Of a stretch of DNA of 64,000 nucleotides, positions 46,203 to 59,734 are shown piece after piece. Both the position numbers and the translations under genes were made by a program. Origin of the DNA: Eledone cirrhosa (Eukaryota); assembly GCA_964016885.1 (NCBI GenBank), contig OZ024748.1, forward strand, positions 56,110,001 through 56,174,000, written 5' to 3'. Position 1 is the stretch's first letter. Each line of letters begins with the position of its first letter. Under the pieces are notes generated by a model. It was not told the DNA's origin. It made no database searches and saw only the letters and a list, made by a program, of their open reading frames with translations.

Positions 46203-46960
46203 TGTTGTACTTGGGGAGGGTCATATTTGTGCAATAATATTGCCAGAATTAATAACAGAACACACTCACTGTTCGGTTGGTTTTCGCTTCTGTGTCTTTT
46301 ATACTGGTTAATTTAATTTATTCGTTCCTCAATGTTAGTCCAAGGCTAAACAGAAACAATGAATGGAATAACAACAACACCCAAACAAACAATACTGACC
46401 TAAGAGTAGTATAAATAAATAAATAAGTAAATAAATAATTAAATAAATAAATACATACACAAGCACAATAACAACAAACACATATAAACACACACTAGTA
46501 AACTAAGATAGAATACATTAACCAATACACAGTCACCCAAACAGGAACACACATCAAACAAAACTATATACACACACGCAAACGCATGCACAGAGAAGAC
46601 AAACAAATAAACAGACTAAATAAATAAATAAACAGACTAAATAAAGTTGGCGGGAGGAAACATAATAGCACCACTGTCGATGTTGCAGATGTGCAACAAA
46701 AGAACTTTGATATACTATATATATGTGTTTGTGTCTATATTGTATCTATTTTGACCGTTGGTCAGTCAATGGTAATATTGAGGACCGAATAAACTAAATT
46801 AACCGATATAAAAGACACAGAAGCGAAAACCAACCAAACAGGGAGTGTGTTCTTTTATTAATTCTGGCAATATTATTACACAAATATGACCCTCCCCAAG
46901 TATAACAATATTTGTTTCGACACACGATTTCATATCAAAAACCTCGCAAAACTAATTAAT
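46201..46960. mobile_element. Fold-back element with ~135-bp inverted arms and ~440-bp spacer, in (TA)n
   Basis: 46201-46333 is the reverse complement of 46776-46910; arm end also seen at 46046-46115 and, reversed, at ~41872-41895. Confidence 0.75.
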
Positions 46961-46973
46961 ATATATACACAAT

Positions 46974-47056
<83 letters not shown>

Positions 47057-47380
47057 ATAAGTTAATAAGTTATGTTTGGGAGTGTGTGTGAATATTTTGT
47101 CATATTGTTGTATTAGTGTTGTGCATATATTTATGGTATGTGTAGTGAATTAAACTTAGCTACCCCGGTGTTACATTCTGCCTTCTCAGTTGCAAGCGAT
47201 GTACTTCATGTAGTATACGTTCGGTTAGCATACATTACTTAACAAACTCATTTGACATATTCTCTCCTCATCTACATACCTACACCTTTCGTCTCTACTT
47301 GCCCATTAGTTTGCAGTTATTATTATTTCTAATTATTCTACATTTGGATAATATTCTATCTTATTTGAATCACGATGTTT

Positions 47381-47428
47381 TGGTAATTGACATCGTTGGT
47401 AATTGACATCGTTGGCAATTGACATCGT
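47381..47428. repeat. 3 x 16-bp tandem repeat
   Basis: tggtaattgacatcgt x3, one substitution. Confidence 0.9.
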
Positions 47429-47977
47429 TGAATTTAGATAAATATGATTAGGTATCACACTAATATGAACATAATGAATTTTCTCTATATTATCTTGCAT
47501 TTAGTTACAAATAACTCCTAGCACTAACGAAAATATAATGAAATATGATTTCGTACACAGAAGAATTCGAATCTTGCCAGGCTGTTCTAAGATATTTAGT
47601 AATTGGTTATCGTGATTAATTTCAGATACGACAACGTTAATTGATGTTTCCTATTATCATAGTGTGGCTCTCATTTATAGTGCTGCTCTAGATCAATACA
47701 CAATGTAATCTCTAATATCTCCAGTATAAAATTCAACCGAGAAATACCTCATTCAATTTCCTTCAATATTCGTAGAAGTAACACCAGGTTTTTTTTTTAT
47801 AATTTAATCTATTTTTATGCTTACATGAATCACAGATTCCATACATACAATAATAATAGAAATTGAATTAAGGTAAAATAAACCTGTCTTTAATATATTC
47901 AAAGCTCAAATGAAGAGTTTTCATTTAGAATATTTTCCAAATTTAATTACGTAATTATCTTTATTACCTGTATCCTC

Positions 47978-48200
47978 AGGACAGTGGTTTGGCAGTATCT
48001 GTAGAGCTTTGAACAACAAGCTTTGCAGCATAGTATTGCGTTTGTTTACGTTTTGAGTTCAAATCCCGCCACGATCAGCTTTGCCTTTCATCCTTATGGA
48101 ATCGATAAAAGAAAGTACCAGTATCGAACTTGTGTCAATATAATCGACTTTCCCTTGCTCTCAAATTGATGTCCTTGTAACTAAATCAGAAAATATTATT
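47978..48200 (+). mobile_element. tRNA-derived SINE, near full length
   Basis: tggcagtatctgtagagc...tgagttcaaatcccgcc...tttgcctttcatcctt...tcgataaaagaaagtaccag. Confidence 0.85.
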
Positions 48201-48654
48201 ACCTGAATTTTTCAAATAAACGGTAACTTTCTTTCAGACGGCATCATGTATTGCACTCCTGTTCAACCATACCACAACAATTGAGTAAATAATTATATTT
48301 GATTAAACGTATATCATCTTGAAGTACATTTTCTATATACTCATGTGTGCAAGAAACCGAAAAAAAAAAACCAAAAACATGTTTGCACAAACTATTCCTA
48401 TCACATTTCATTTTCTAAGCAAAACAGATTCTATAGTCACATCAAAGTTCCATGATGTCGTGCAAAGAAACTACAGATACAAAATGGCCGACAAAATTAT
48501 ACAAACATGGGCAGTCATCGCCCGAACGATTTGGACATAGATCAGATTAGATGGACATTGCCTAGAACGGGGCCGAAGTAGTAGATACACCACAGCACAA
48601 GTAAAAATATAATGTACACCTCTACGTATTATAATGAATGGTATGCGGCCAATA

Positions 48655-48875
48655 CTGATTTTTTCTGATCTAGGCAAAAGGCGAGCAATTTTCGGAGAGG
48701 GGAAAGTCGATTAAATCGATCTCAACGCGTGACTGGTACTTTATTTTACCGACCCCGTAAGGAGGAAAGGCAAAGGTAACCTCGGCGTGATTTGAACTCA
48801 GAATGTATAGGGGCGTAACTCTATGATATGAAGCAGTCTGACCGATGCTCTACCGATTCTGTCAATTCAGCGCCA
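48655..48875 (-). mobile_element. tRNA-derived SINE, near full length
   Basis: gactggtactttattttaccgacccc...aacctcggcgtgatttgaactcagaa...gctctaccgattctgtcaa. Confidence 0.85.
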
Positions 48876-49177
48876 TTATGCGGACAATAATGATGTGTGT
48901 AGGTATAATGTTTTCTACTATGGCTTAGTACTCTGTAAATGTATTGATAACGTAGTATTTGTTATGTCCTTTGCTGGAAGTAGAATTCCCAAAGGCAGTG
49001 ATTTGTCATTTGAGATGTGTCAATATTAGTAGAAGGCATTAGCTCGGTTGCCCTGGATGTGTATCATTCTTAGAAATGAGCAGCTAGCGTCATGCATATG
49101 ACCAGATTTATACAGACATTTAGAACTATATGGCAAGTAAGATTTACACAGTATGATAGTTAATATATGCATATATT

Positions 49178-49400
49178 AGGGCAGTGGCTTGGCAGTGTCG
49201 GTAGAGCGCCGGCCAACATGCTTCATGACATAAGGTTACATCCCTTTACGGTCTGAGTTCAAATCCTGTCAAAGTTGACATTCCCTTTCAACCTTACTTG
49301 GTCGGTGAAATAAAGTACAAGTAATGCATTAGGGTCGATTTACTCGACATTTCCACCCCCAAAAATAATTTTGGTCATGTGCCTAATTCAGAAATTATTA
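49178..49400 (+). mobile_element. tRNA-derived SINE, near full length
   Basis: tggcagtgtcggtagagcgccgg...ggtctgagttcaaatcc...gaaataaagtac. Confidence 0.85.
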
Positions 49401-49628
49401 TGCACATATATTTTTGAAATATGTCGAGATATTTTCTAAAATGTAGTCTGGCTATGGCCTAGCTACAGCACTCCTCCATATACACATATAAATACAAGTA
49501 AAAGAATACAAAAATATAAAAAAATATTCCATTCCTTCGGAAACACAATAAATCGTTATTTATTATATGTTCATTATGTACAGTAAATGAGAAACAATCA
49601 TGTAGAGTAAATTTAAATAAATAAATAA

Positions 49629-49660
<32 letters not shown>

Positions 49661-49663
<3 letters not shown>

Positions 49664-49717
49664 AATATAGATGAGATTCTACAGGACTAGAACTGTTTCA
49701 TTCTTTAGAAATCATCA
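49661..49717 (-). mobile_element. Family A HHR copy truncated at the CUGAUGA box
   Basis: Near-exact reverse complement of 45874-45930; minus strand starts UGAUGA directly after (TA)n, lacking C3 and the 5' strand of stem I. Confidence 0.8.
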
Positions 49718-49806
49718 TATATATATATATATATATATACATTTAGGCGCTCATTCAATCATTTATTAGTAAGTTTCCTACATGCATATACACAAACACG
49801 TATACG

Positions 49807-49837
<31 letters not shown>

Positions 49838-49894
49838 ACTATTTCTATTTAAAATAAGTAGATTATGTCAAAATTTTGTTCGTGGGAATGTATG

Positions 49895-49996
<102 letters not shown>

Positions 49997-50270
49997 GTGG
50001 GCTTCTTCAGAATCCTACAAACGCCGCTATTCCCCAAAATGTTAAGTCATTCTCTGTAGGGTAGTGATTATACAATAGCATACCATCAAGGTTGAGCAAG
50101 ATAATCTTTAGACTTGTTTATCTCTCCAGTGTGGAAATAGTCTATGCAGCAGTTATGGAGAGAAAGAAAAAAAATCTATATAGTAATATCACGGACGAAG
50201 CTTACGTACATAGCTGCTGTTGGCAGCTAGTGCATTACAAACTCACCACTACATTCGTGCATATTTATGC

Positions 50271-50331
<61 letters not shown>

Positions 50332-50494
50332 GTTGTATGTGTGTGTGGCTATGTCCGTTTGAGCGTAGCTGCTTATATATGCACAAGTCTACCTGGCGAT
50401 TAACATACACATACACACACATATATTATATAGATGCATATATATATATATATGCCTTCTATTTTTCTACTTTGTTATCCAATAGCTACTTCCT

Positions 50495-50547
<53 letters not shown>

Positions 50548-51049
50548 TATCTCTCTCCCTCTCTCTCTTTATATATATGTGTGTGTGTGTGTGACTGTGT
50601 TTGTCTGTATGTTTGTGCTATATGTGTGCGTGTGTTTCAGTCTGGAGTGAGGTAAAACATGCTTAATTACGATTCTGTAAACACCAAAATATTTACATAA
50701 GATCCTGCAAATCATCAACTTTACCACGATGTCGACTATTCTAAACATTTTCTGACGAGATGGAGACTCTTCAAAACATGTTTCCGTCGTATCAAATCTC
50801 CTTAGTTGAACATATATTTCACTGTACTTGTCTCAAACCTTAAATATTTCTTCTTCAGCTGTGTATTCGGTCAACGTTGTAGTTTTAGCGCCTATAACAC
50901 TATGGTTCAATCCGAAACTACATCGCAGTGCAAAAAAGAAAATACTTGTCTTAATATTGTCATTGATTTATTTATAATGATATATATTGCGACACTGACA
51001 AAAAATATGCAATAGGAAAAACTCTAATATATAGCTGTATGATAAAATA

Positions 51050-51440
51050 ATCATATACTCATATACCGTCTTCCCTTTCTCATTGTTCATCTCCCCCTAC
51101 TTCCGCCTCTGGCCAAATATTTCTTCTATGTCGCCTCTTCATATTCTACAATCTTCTTGCTATATAACGCAACGCTCATAATAACTAAGGCCCTGCTTTT
51201 CTCTCATCTCCTCCTTCAACTCAGCTTTATTCCACACATTATCGTCCTGTACCGCATTCAGTCTAATTACTGGTATACTGTATAATGATAACACTTCCTT
51301 GCAGCTATATGTTTTATTTATATATGTATATTTTGTCAGTGTCATGTTCTCTACAAATCTGTTCCACCTATATTCACTTCATCTCATTTATCAAAGCGCT
51401 TAAAATCCCTGCTGTTTCTGCAATACATAACGTTTTGTTT
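51050..51440 (-). pseudogene. Heavily decayed non-LTR retrotransposon fragment (possibly R4/Dong-like, post-RT region)
   Basis: Minus ORF INKTY...YSIPVIRL....WNKAELKEE resembles the NK..AIN..A.PV.RY.....W...EL...D motif found after the RT domain; stops and frameshifts around it. Confidence 0.35.
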
Positions 51441-51771
51441 TAATGTGTTTATGTTTCTCTGAAAAACCGGCCATCATAATTTCATGTAAGACTCTTTAAG
51501 TAATGCTCCAAACAGCAAATAATGTGAACGTCTGTTATATTACTAAGTCCAACCAAAAGCTTGATTATTTTCGAAACAATTTTTAATAACAACTTTCATT
51601 AGAAATGGGGTAACCTGCTTTTACAGATTATTCGATATTTTGAAATGCTGCTTGATTTACACATGGACATTGTTTCGGATTAAGCAGGCTTGTATCATGT
51701 GTTTATATTATAGAGATCTGCGAAACGGGCAGCTCAGGACCGAGGGGTTCCCTGTTGTGTTTTATTATCTA

Positions 51772-51958
51772 TTGGATTGGCAGTATCAGTACGGGGTCAA
51801 ACACCATGCTTTGCCTCATAGAGTTACGGCGCTTTACGGTTTGAGTTCAAATCCCGCCAAGGTTAATTTTCCTTTTTATCCTTACAGGGTCGATAAAATA
51901 AAGTACCAGTAATTCACTGATATAATTGCTGGCCTTGTGACAAAAGTAGAAACAATTA
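51772..51958 (+). mobile_element. tRNA-derived SINE, near full length
   Basis: Colinear with the 2190 copy, including the tail gctggccttgtgacaaaagtagaaacaatta. Confidence 0.85.
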
Positions 51959-52040
51959 TCTATATAGTCTATATATTTTTGCATTTGTTTTTTGTCGTCT
52001 CTCTGCTACTCACATATATTGTTGAAAAATACACACACAC

Positions 52041-52104
<64 letters not shown>

Positions 52105-52136
52105 TCACACACTCACACAGACACAAGACATACTGT

Positions 52137-52173
<37 letters not shown>

Positions 52174-52265
52174 CACACACATATGTATACTCATTTTATT
52201 AAGATTAAATAGTGAGTCTTATTAATCTGGAGCTTCTCTTGTTAGTCACAGAGTCAACTATATAT

Positions 52266-52321
<56 letters not shown>

Positions 52322-52905
52322 CCGTATATATGAATGCTTGAGTCTACAGAAGTGTATACGAATGCAATTTCTTGAACTTATGTGTATACAGGTATATATA
52401 CATATACTGTGTATTTGATGTTAATTTGCGTGACTTATTCAGTAGATGTTGATATATATCTGCGCATGCGCACACTCACACTAACGCTCACATGTTATAT
52501 AAAAAGAGATATCGTGTGACGTGTAAGAGAAGGTAGATTTGCTTGTTTGATATGTTTTCCTTTTCTTCCCACATGAGCACTCAACGAGCAGGCTGACATA
52601 TGATCACAATAATTCCAGCATGACCTTCTTCCTTTTTCCCAGACGTAATCTGTGTCGGTCTTCATTATGAAAACTTAAGTGTGTGCTTGAATGAGATGTG
52701 GCAGTTACCTCTGGAGCCAGACTTGGATTATCTAAACAGTGCAGTTGATACACATACACGTACACACAGACACTCATATACACACACTTACATACACACG
52801 CACAAACACTGGAATATACAAAAACAAAAACAAACATACATATATATATATATTTGTGTGCGTATGTATGTGTGGGGGATGTCTATTTATAAATGAGTGT
52901 TTGTA

Positions 52906-52964
52906 CGAGGGGATGTCAAATATTATATATATATATATATATATAATATTTGACATTCCCCTCG
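52906..52964. mobile_element. Minimal mariner-like MITE: two TIRs around (AT)n
   Basis: TA-cgaggggatgtcaaatatt(at)n aatatttgacattcccctcg-TA. Confidence 0.6.
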
Positions 52965-52988
52965 TACATACACACACACACACACACG

Positions 52989-53068
<80 letters not shown>

Positions 53069-53439
53069 TAGAGCCAACTTCTCTTTCAATCTTGCTATAT
53101 TCAATGTGCACTACTTCAAATATGTTTAGTAAGGATTTTAATGCTTTATGCTTTGTTCAGAACAATACCGTTCCTATATCTATAACTGTATTAATGTTTC
53201 ATGGCCTTCTCTGTCCCATCTTTAGAGTCAGATTTACGGGTTTGTTATTCACATACTTAGCAGTATCTGTAAATAATGTGGGTGTCGTAGAAACTCAGAG
53301 ACGCCTGGTTCATCAAATGAAGCATGGCTGTTATTATAATTAATTTAATGCATGTTGTATCTGTGAATTTTGTTGATTTTTATATTAAAATAGCCTCCAT
53401 AATTATGCGCCAGGATTTATGAAAAATGTATATGGAAGT

Positions 53440-53612
53440 ATAATTGCTTCTACTATTGGCACAAGGCCACCAATTATTCCCAGTGCATTACTGGTACTTT
53501 ATTTTATTGGACCCTTAAAGAAGAAAGGCAAAGTTAACCTCGGCGTGAACTCAGACTGTAATAGGACGTAACTATGCTGGAAAGCATGGCGTCCGACCAT
53601 CTAACGAAACTC
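53440..53612 (-). mobile_element. tRNA-derived SINE
   Basis: ggcacaaggcc...cagtgcattactggtactttattttatt...aaagttaacctcggcgtgaactcagactg...ggcgtccgac. Confidence 0.8.
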
Positions 53613-54322
53613 TCAACTATTGTACGACTATTCTTTTGCACATAATGTATGATTATTCTTTCCCGGGATCCTTGTAGTAAGTGCATCTACAAGTTAAGGA
53701 TATTTCTCTTCGGGAATCTTAAAATAATATGTATGCTTCATATAACATATCTTGAAACTATTCTTAGTCAATCATTTGTAATTACGTTTGCTTCCATCAG
53801 TGTGATAGAACACTCACTTTCATCAGAAGTTTCAGTTTAGTGGTTATAAGTTTTGAGCAATACAATTATAAATTACAATAGATAATGTATTATTGTTATT
53901 GGAGAGGTTTTTTGCTTTGAAGTGGTTAATTAATTAAGCAAGCTTTTTCCTGCAAGAATAACTTTGCTTCCATTATAGAACAGATCATGTGGGTAGAAGG
54001 ATAATGAAAGGGACTAAGTTTAAACTTTCTAGCATGGTAATTTACTATTACTTAAATTGAATTTATATCACAATATAATTTTAGGTTTATTCTTAGAGTT
54101 TGTAGACTTAGAAAAGGGAGATACTATACTGATTTGTAACTGAAAATTATACTTAGGTACGAATAAATGTTATCTGAAATTAAGATTTCAAATTTAAGCA
54201 TGAATAAATTTCTATATCTATGCTAAGGCTTCACAACATATATATAGACCGACTAAACCCGCTCCACCCCTCACCACACACACAGAAACACACACGCACA
54301 CACACACACGCACACACACACA

Positions 54323-54439
<117 letters not shown>

Positions 54440-54589
54440 TAGTTTTTCGCACTGCCAACACTCCTATATCCTTTTCTAATTTCTCATTCCATTTTCTGAT
54501 GAAGTTTTATATTTCTTCATTATACTGTGTCATTTGCATTATGCATATATATATATCTATATATATATACACACATATATATATATATA

Positions 54590-54840
54590 GTGACGAAACA
54601 AGTCAATTGCATGAACTCATAATCCTTTATTTACTGCTATATATATTCCGATGATAGCCATTGAATAGCTATGACCTCATCAGGCAGTTAGTCAGTTTTT
54701 AGATATGCCAGCTCTGTGTTTATGGTGTTGATGGTATCAGAGCCTTATATATATAGGAAATGGCTGTTGAAACGGCAATAGTATCAAGTACTCTGTTGAG
54801 AAAGGGTCTAACCAATTTTATACTGAATCCATCCTGATTT
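54590..54840 (+). mobile_element. Decayed or nested HHR-type element(s) in (TA)n
   Basis: cCGAUGA uagccauu (54648-54662) ... aauggcug uuGAAAC (54759-54773), then gtatcaagtactctg and a ~50-nt tail; antisense CUGAUGA at 54677-54683. Confidence 0.4.
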
Positions 54841-54842
54841 AT

Positions 54843-54912
<70 letters not shown>

Positions 54913-55152
54913 CAAGAGATGAGGTTTTTCTTTTGCGAATTTTGCCAATAGGAACACAGATGGAATTCGATTTTCACTGCAGCTTCTTTTTTTTTTTTAT
55001 TACTTATTGGTTAGTTCGTCAAGGCTCGTTCTTCACACATTCTGTGACCTCGTCATTCACATTTATTTTTCTTCCACTATTTCGTCTTAATCCGTTTATA
55101 GCATCTTGTCCTTCTTTGTTCTTGTTCTCACACCAAGAATCTTGGAAAGGGA

Positions 55153-55222
<70 letters not shown>

Positions 55223-55232
55223 AGAGAGAGTG

Positions 55233-55293
<61 letters not shown>

Positions 55294-55878
55294 GAAAGAG
55301 AGGGAAAGAGTTATATTAAGTTTGAATTAGTGTTTTGATATTGTGTAGTTTGGCATATGTGTGCACACATTCATATCCGACATAAGTGACTAGTCTTGAC
55401 TGCGAACATAGTCTAATCTCCAGATTAACAGTGCACTGACTCGACATTAATGAAAGTTATTAATCTCCACTATGGTATTAAGTATACATGTCTATGTAAG
55501 TGTCTATATATGTGTAGGAGATTGTATTGTATGAGATATTTAAAGCACATCATTGATGATACGTTTCATTGACCTATTGGCAAGTATATGTTGAACGGCA
55601 TTTATGTTAAAACTGAGACATAAAACAGAAGTACGGAAGTATAACTACGTGAGTGTAAATTTTCACTGGCTTATTCCAGTCTCAACTCATGATCTCAGAT
55701 CAAATCACTTACCAGATTCCTAAATCTTTGAAACACACAACGTTTGTATGTATGTATGTATGTATGTATGTATGTATGTATGTATGCATGTATGTATATA
55801 TATATATATATGTATATGTATGTATCTGTATATGTGTATAGATATATAGATATATAAATACATATTTATACACACATT

Positions 55879-55923
<45 letters not shown>

Positions 55924-56540
55924 GTATGTACATAGATGTGTTTCATGTATATATTTATATGTATGGGCTCATTTCCCCTTCTCTTTCCACCCCTTATAAA
56001 TTCGATACTCGTCATGGTCTGAGGCAGTTTCTATTGATTATATGCAATATATGTCAGAAAACAATACAAAAGACACGATAGAAATAATCACAGATTGTTA
56101 TATATATAGATTATCTGAGACATACGAAAAGATTTTGCTAACATAAAATATTAATTGAGAAGAAACTAAGAAGAATATATATCTACATAGATACACCCTC
56201 ACATATACATGCTTACAATTATTTATACACAGATGAGAGATAGAGAAATGGACGTGAGTATATAGAGTGGTGCATATATATAAATATATATACATATACA
56301 CACACATATTTATATATATTTATATAAGTGCTTCTGCAAGTTTTTTTTTATATGAAACTCTGTATATATGCGCATGGGAGTATGTGCATACATAAACACA
56401 CACACACACACACATACACACACATATATATATATTAATAATTATATGTATATATATATATACTTCCATACATACAGACAGATTAATAGATCGATGAACA
56501 GATAGAGATAGTGAGGGAGGTAGATAGAGAGCTGTATAGC

Positions 56541-56552
56541 TAGATAGATAGG

Positions 56553-56626
<74 letters not shown>
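56541..56626. repeat. (GATA)n microsatellite
   Basis: About 20 units. Confidence 0.95.
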
Positions 56627-57019
56627 TAAAAATTAGGCTGAAATATGTTTTAACAGAAAATGAAATATCACATGTGGAAAAAGAATTTAGAAAGAATCGA
56701 TGAACATGGCAAAAAATATTTATCTAGTTCACTGTATTGATATATTAAATAACACGTAGTTAAATTTAATTAGCTTATAGAGTTATATGAATTGAAAGAG
56801 TTCTATATTTTGAAATATATGTTGGTAGACATTAATGTATCTGCCTGTATGTATTTAAATATTACTGTTTAAATATATATACACTATTACTTTAGTGGGT
56901 TAATTAGATTTAAACCAAGGTATGCCTATCATACGTATGTATATTTATACATACGTACACGCACAGTCATTTATATGTATCATATATATATACATACATT
57001 CAGTTATATGTATCGCACA

Positions 57020-57069
<50 letters not shown>

Positions 57070-57317
57070 CACGTACGTGTTCGTATGTATATATGTATGT
57101 ACCATACAGGGATATACGAATATATGCAAATATGTATGCATATACAGGCAAGGATATTTGTATGTGTATATGCATGTTATGTATGTGTATGTGTGGGGAA
57201 TAGAATTTTTTGAATAGAACGTATTCCTGTAATACCAAAAATTAAACATCCAGATTCTCTTATATTTTTTAGTATATAAATGTAAGACCAATTTATGTAA
57301 TCAAAATCTTACGTAGC

Positions 57318-57352
<35 letters not shown>

Positions 57353-58099
57353 AATATGTGTGTGTGTATGTCTGTGTATGTTTGTGTGTATAGATAGATA
57401 TATAATATATATATGTGTGTATGTTTGTGTGTATGTTTGTGAGTGTGTGTGTTTGTATGTATATATGTGTGTGTGTGTGCATGTATATATATATAATATA
57501 TAACTATATACCTATTCATTATATAATATATATATAATTATATATATATATATATATATATAGATACATATATAATATATATATGTGTGTGTGTGTGTAT
57601 GAGTTCCATATATTCACAGGTCTATTTGGGTATATTTATATATATATATATATATATATACCTATACGTATGTATGTATATATATATATTCCCTAACCAT
57701 ATACAATATACATAGCCGACTACATTGTATACGCTATTTCACTATTTCCCATTCCACTTCTCCCTCCCATCTCTATATCTATCTCACTGCATATATACAG
57801 GTTGTGCATGCCGACATAGTATGTGACCCCACTGTACGACTACACTGCCCTCTACCGATCGGCAGGCAGCTTTTCTTGACGTGTCCATTGTTTCACGCCT
57901 GACTAGTCCCTCAGGCATACGGCATGTTAGTCATTTACACCAGTTGCAGCTATTAATTAACTGATGTCAAGGAAAGGCATCTAATCGCCGCTCCTCATTA
58001 CTGCCGCTTACATCAATGATATTAATATTATAACATCCACTTCCATAAGGTTCATTATCTTCTCACAGCTACCGAGAGTGAGTGTCGTTACCTCTCACT

Positions 58100-59458
58100 C
58101 ACACTTACACTCTCACACTCACTAACACTCACACTCACATACACATATTCACGGTCACATACACACAGATGCACTCTCACACACTCACACTAATTTACAC
58201 ATATTCACGGTCACATACACACAGATGCACTCTCGCAAACTCACACTCACATACACGCAGATACACTCTCACACACTCACATATACATATTCACGCTCAC
58301 ATACACACATATGCACTCTCACACACTCACACAAACACTCACACACACATATTCACGTTCACATCTACACAGATGCACTCTCACACACTCACATACACAT
58401 ATTCACGCTCACATACACACAGATGCACTCTCACACACTCACACAAACACTCACATACACATATTCACGCTCACGTACACACATGCACTCTCACACATTC
58501 ACACTCACATACACATATTCACGCTCACATACACACAGATGTACTCTCACACACTCACACTCACATACACATATTCACGCTCACATACACACATGCACTC
58601 TCACACACTCACACTCACACACACATATTCACGCTCACCTACACACAGATGCACTCTCACACACTCACACAAACACTCACACACATATATTCACGCTCAC
58701 ATACACACAGATGCACTCTCACACACTCACACAAACACTCACACACATATATTCACGCTCACATACACACAGATGCACTCTCACACACTCACACAAACAC
58801 TCACACACATATATTCACGCTCACACACACTCACTCAAGCATGCATACACTCTCACACACTCACACACACATATTCACGCTCACATACACACAGATGCAC
58901 TCACACACTCACACAAACACTCACACACACACATTCACGCTCACATACACACAGATGCACTCTCACACACTCACACAAACACTCACACAAACATGTTCAC
59001 GCTCACATACACACAGATGCACTCTCACACACTCACACAAACACTCACACACACATGTTCACGCTCACATACACACAGATGCACTCTCACACACTTACAC
59101 ACTCACTCACATACCCATATTCATGCTCACACACACTCACTCAAGCATGCATACACTCTCACACATTCACACACACATATTCACGCTCACATACACACAT
59201 ATGCACTCTCACACACTCACACTCACTTACCCATATTCACGCTCACATACACACAGATGCACTCTCACACACTTACACAAACACTCACACACACATATTC
59301 ACGCTCACATACACACAGATGTACTCTCAAACACTCACACACACATATTCACGCTCACATACACACAGATGCACTCTGACACACTCACACACTCACTCAC
59401 ATACACATATTCACGCTCACACACACTCACTCAAGCATGCATACACTCTCACACACTC
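58100..59458. repeat. CA-rich minisatellite (units ~46-62 bp)
   Basis: Recurring catattcacgctcacatacacacagatgcactctcacacactcac; variant with tcaagcatgcata occurs three times. Confidence 0.95.
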
Positions 59459-59734
59459 AATCAGACAGTTCAACTATATATATATATATATATACGTCTT
59501 TGTGCTGCGAATATTTTCTGTGTAGAGACTAGCTAGCAAGCTCCTTCCATATATATCTGTCTTTTAATTCAGCTCTCATTCTCTCCTATTTTTAACCCTT
59601 TCTGTCTTCCATACTCTGCCTTTATATATATCACACTTAGAATTACCGCAACTCTATCACCTCCCTGTTACATCTTCTCTGTGTTGGTCTTTTCCACTCG
59701 CTTACATGTACAAGAATAATTCTTACATCTATAG

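Noticed and set aside
50745-50790. CTGACGA...AAAACATGTT as a minimal hammerhead
   Set aside because: The GAAA box is altered and the flanks do not form stem I.
58082-59536. 384-484 aa ORFs in all three plus frames
   Set aside because: Open in every frame because the CA-rich minisatellite lacks stops; not protein-like.
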